DNA from: Fistulifera solaris
Taxonomy: Eukaryota
DNA length: 64,000 nucleotides
NCBI GenBank assembly: GCA_030295235.1
Contig: AP026124.1
Span: 2,108,001 to 2,172,000, forward strand
Direction of reading: 5' to 3'
How positions within the stretch are numbered: position 1 is the first letter of the stretch; every line of letters starts with the position of its first letter. This document shows, piece by piece, positions 63,421 to 64,000 of this stretch. The translations under genes were made by a program, and so were the position numbers. The notes below the pieces were generated by a model that made no database searches, was not told the origin of the DNA, and worked only from the letters and a program-made list of their open reading frames with translations.

Positions 63421-64000
63421 TCATTGTTGCATTCTCGTAAACAGAGATGACAATGTTTCGTTCCAGTTACGCTCGTGTGATGCTATACTGCCTGTTGGGA
63501 TGCCACCGCCAGCTGCTTGACGCTTTCGATACAACTCTCGATCCACTTTATCTTTCTTCCAGCCGTTGGCTGGCTCTCTGACTCTTGGAGACACCATGAC
63601 AGTGGCACTGGCCTTTCCTCTACTTTGTCGTTTCAGTTCATTGCGATAGCCTTGCATCTGTGCGGCCCTTAGTTCCGCGGACACTTCTTCACGCTCTCCC
63701 AGTAGTACTTCTGTCGACTCTTGTTTCCACTTTCGCTTGGCCTGTGCCATGTATTTTTCGTCTTCCTGTGCTAGTAACCGCATTTGTTCGGCTTCTCGTT
63801 GTTCCGCGGCAATGCGATCTTGAATACTGCGCTCTTCATCGGCGCGCTGGGATTGTCGAATGACGATAGCCGACTTGTTAGCCTGCTCGTAATCTTTAAT
63901 TTTGTTTTTACATTCCTCGGCATTGGGCTCTTCATTGACAATCGAGAAAATCATATCTTCCACCATTTCGAGATAATTGTTGTATTCCAAAAGTGTCTCA
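63421..64000 (-). CDS. MAT1: CDK-activating kinase assembly factor MAT1 (5' part outside window)
   Basis: LEYNNYLEMVEDMIFSIVN...IKDYEQAN, coiled coil, C-terminal AAGG. Confidence 0.8.
   Translation of the reverse strand, partial: ETLLEYNNYLEMVEDMIFSIVNEEPNAEECKNKIKDYEQANKSAIVIRQSQRADEERSIQDRIAAEQREAEQMRLLAQEDEKYMAQAKRKWKQESTEVLLGEREEVSAELRAAQMQGYRNELKRQSRGKASATVMVSPRVREPANGWKKDKVDRELYRKRQAAGGGIPTGSIASHERNWNETLSSLFTRMQQ

Overview
A gene-dense eukaryotic nuclear window, almost certainly from a diatom (probably a pennate). The evidence is short GT-AG introns, bipartite plastid presequences with the ASAF-type motif, fused DHFR-TS and diatom-style hypothetical families. It holds about 36 protein genes and two identical tRNA-Asp(GTC) genes; no transposon, rRNA or CRISPR array was recognised. 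About 20 genes, including histone H3 and Pol delta, carry single-base frameshifts mostly in homopolymer runs. These look like long-read consensus errors, so gene models were rebuilt by hand across them. The main candidates for new biology are: (1) a plastid-targeted NFU Fe-S carrier fused to a GRXS16-type GIY-YIG-like domain; (2) an intronless LarA-superfamily (nickel-pincer) racemase/epimerase with its key residues intact; (3) a Pol delta whose CysB Fe-S motif lacks two canonical cysteines; (4) a membrane protein with 14 prokaryote-style DxDGDG repeats; (5) a recurring intergenic GTACCGGTAC-type palindrome; (6) a cell-cycle gene neighbourhood with CDK7 close to MAT1. All family calls come from motif recognition, not database searches.
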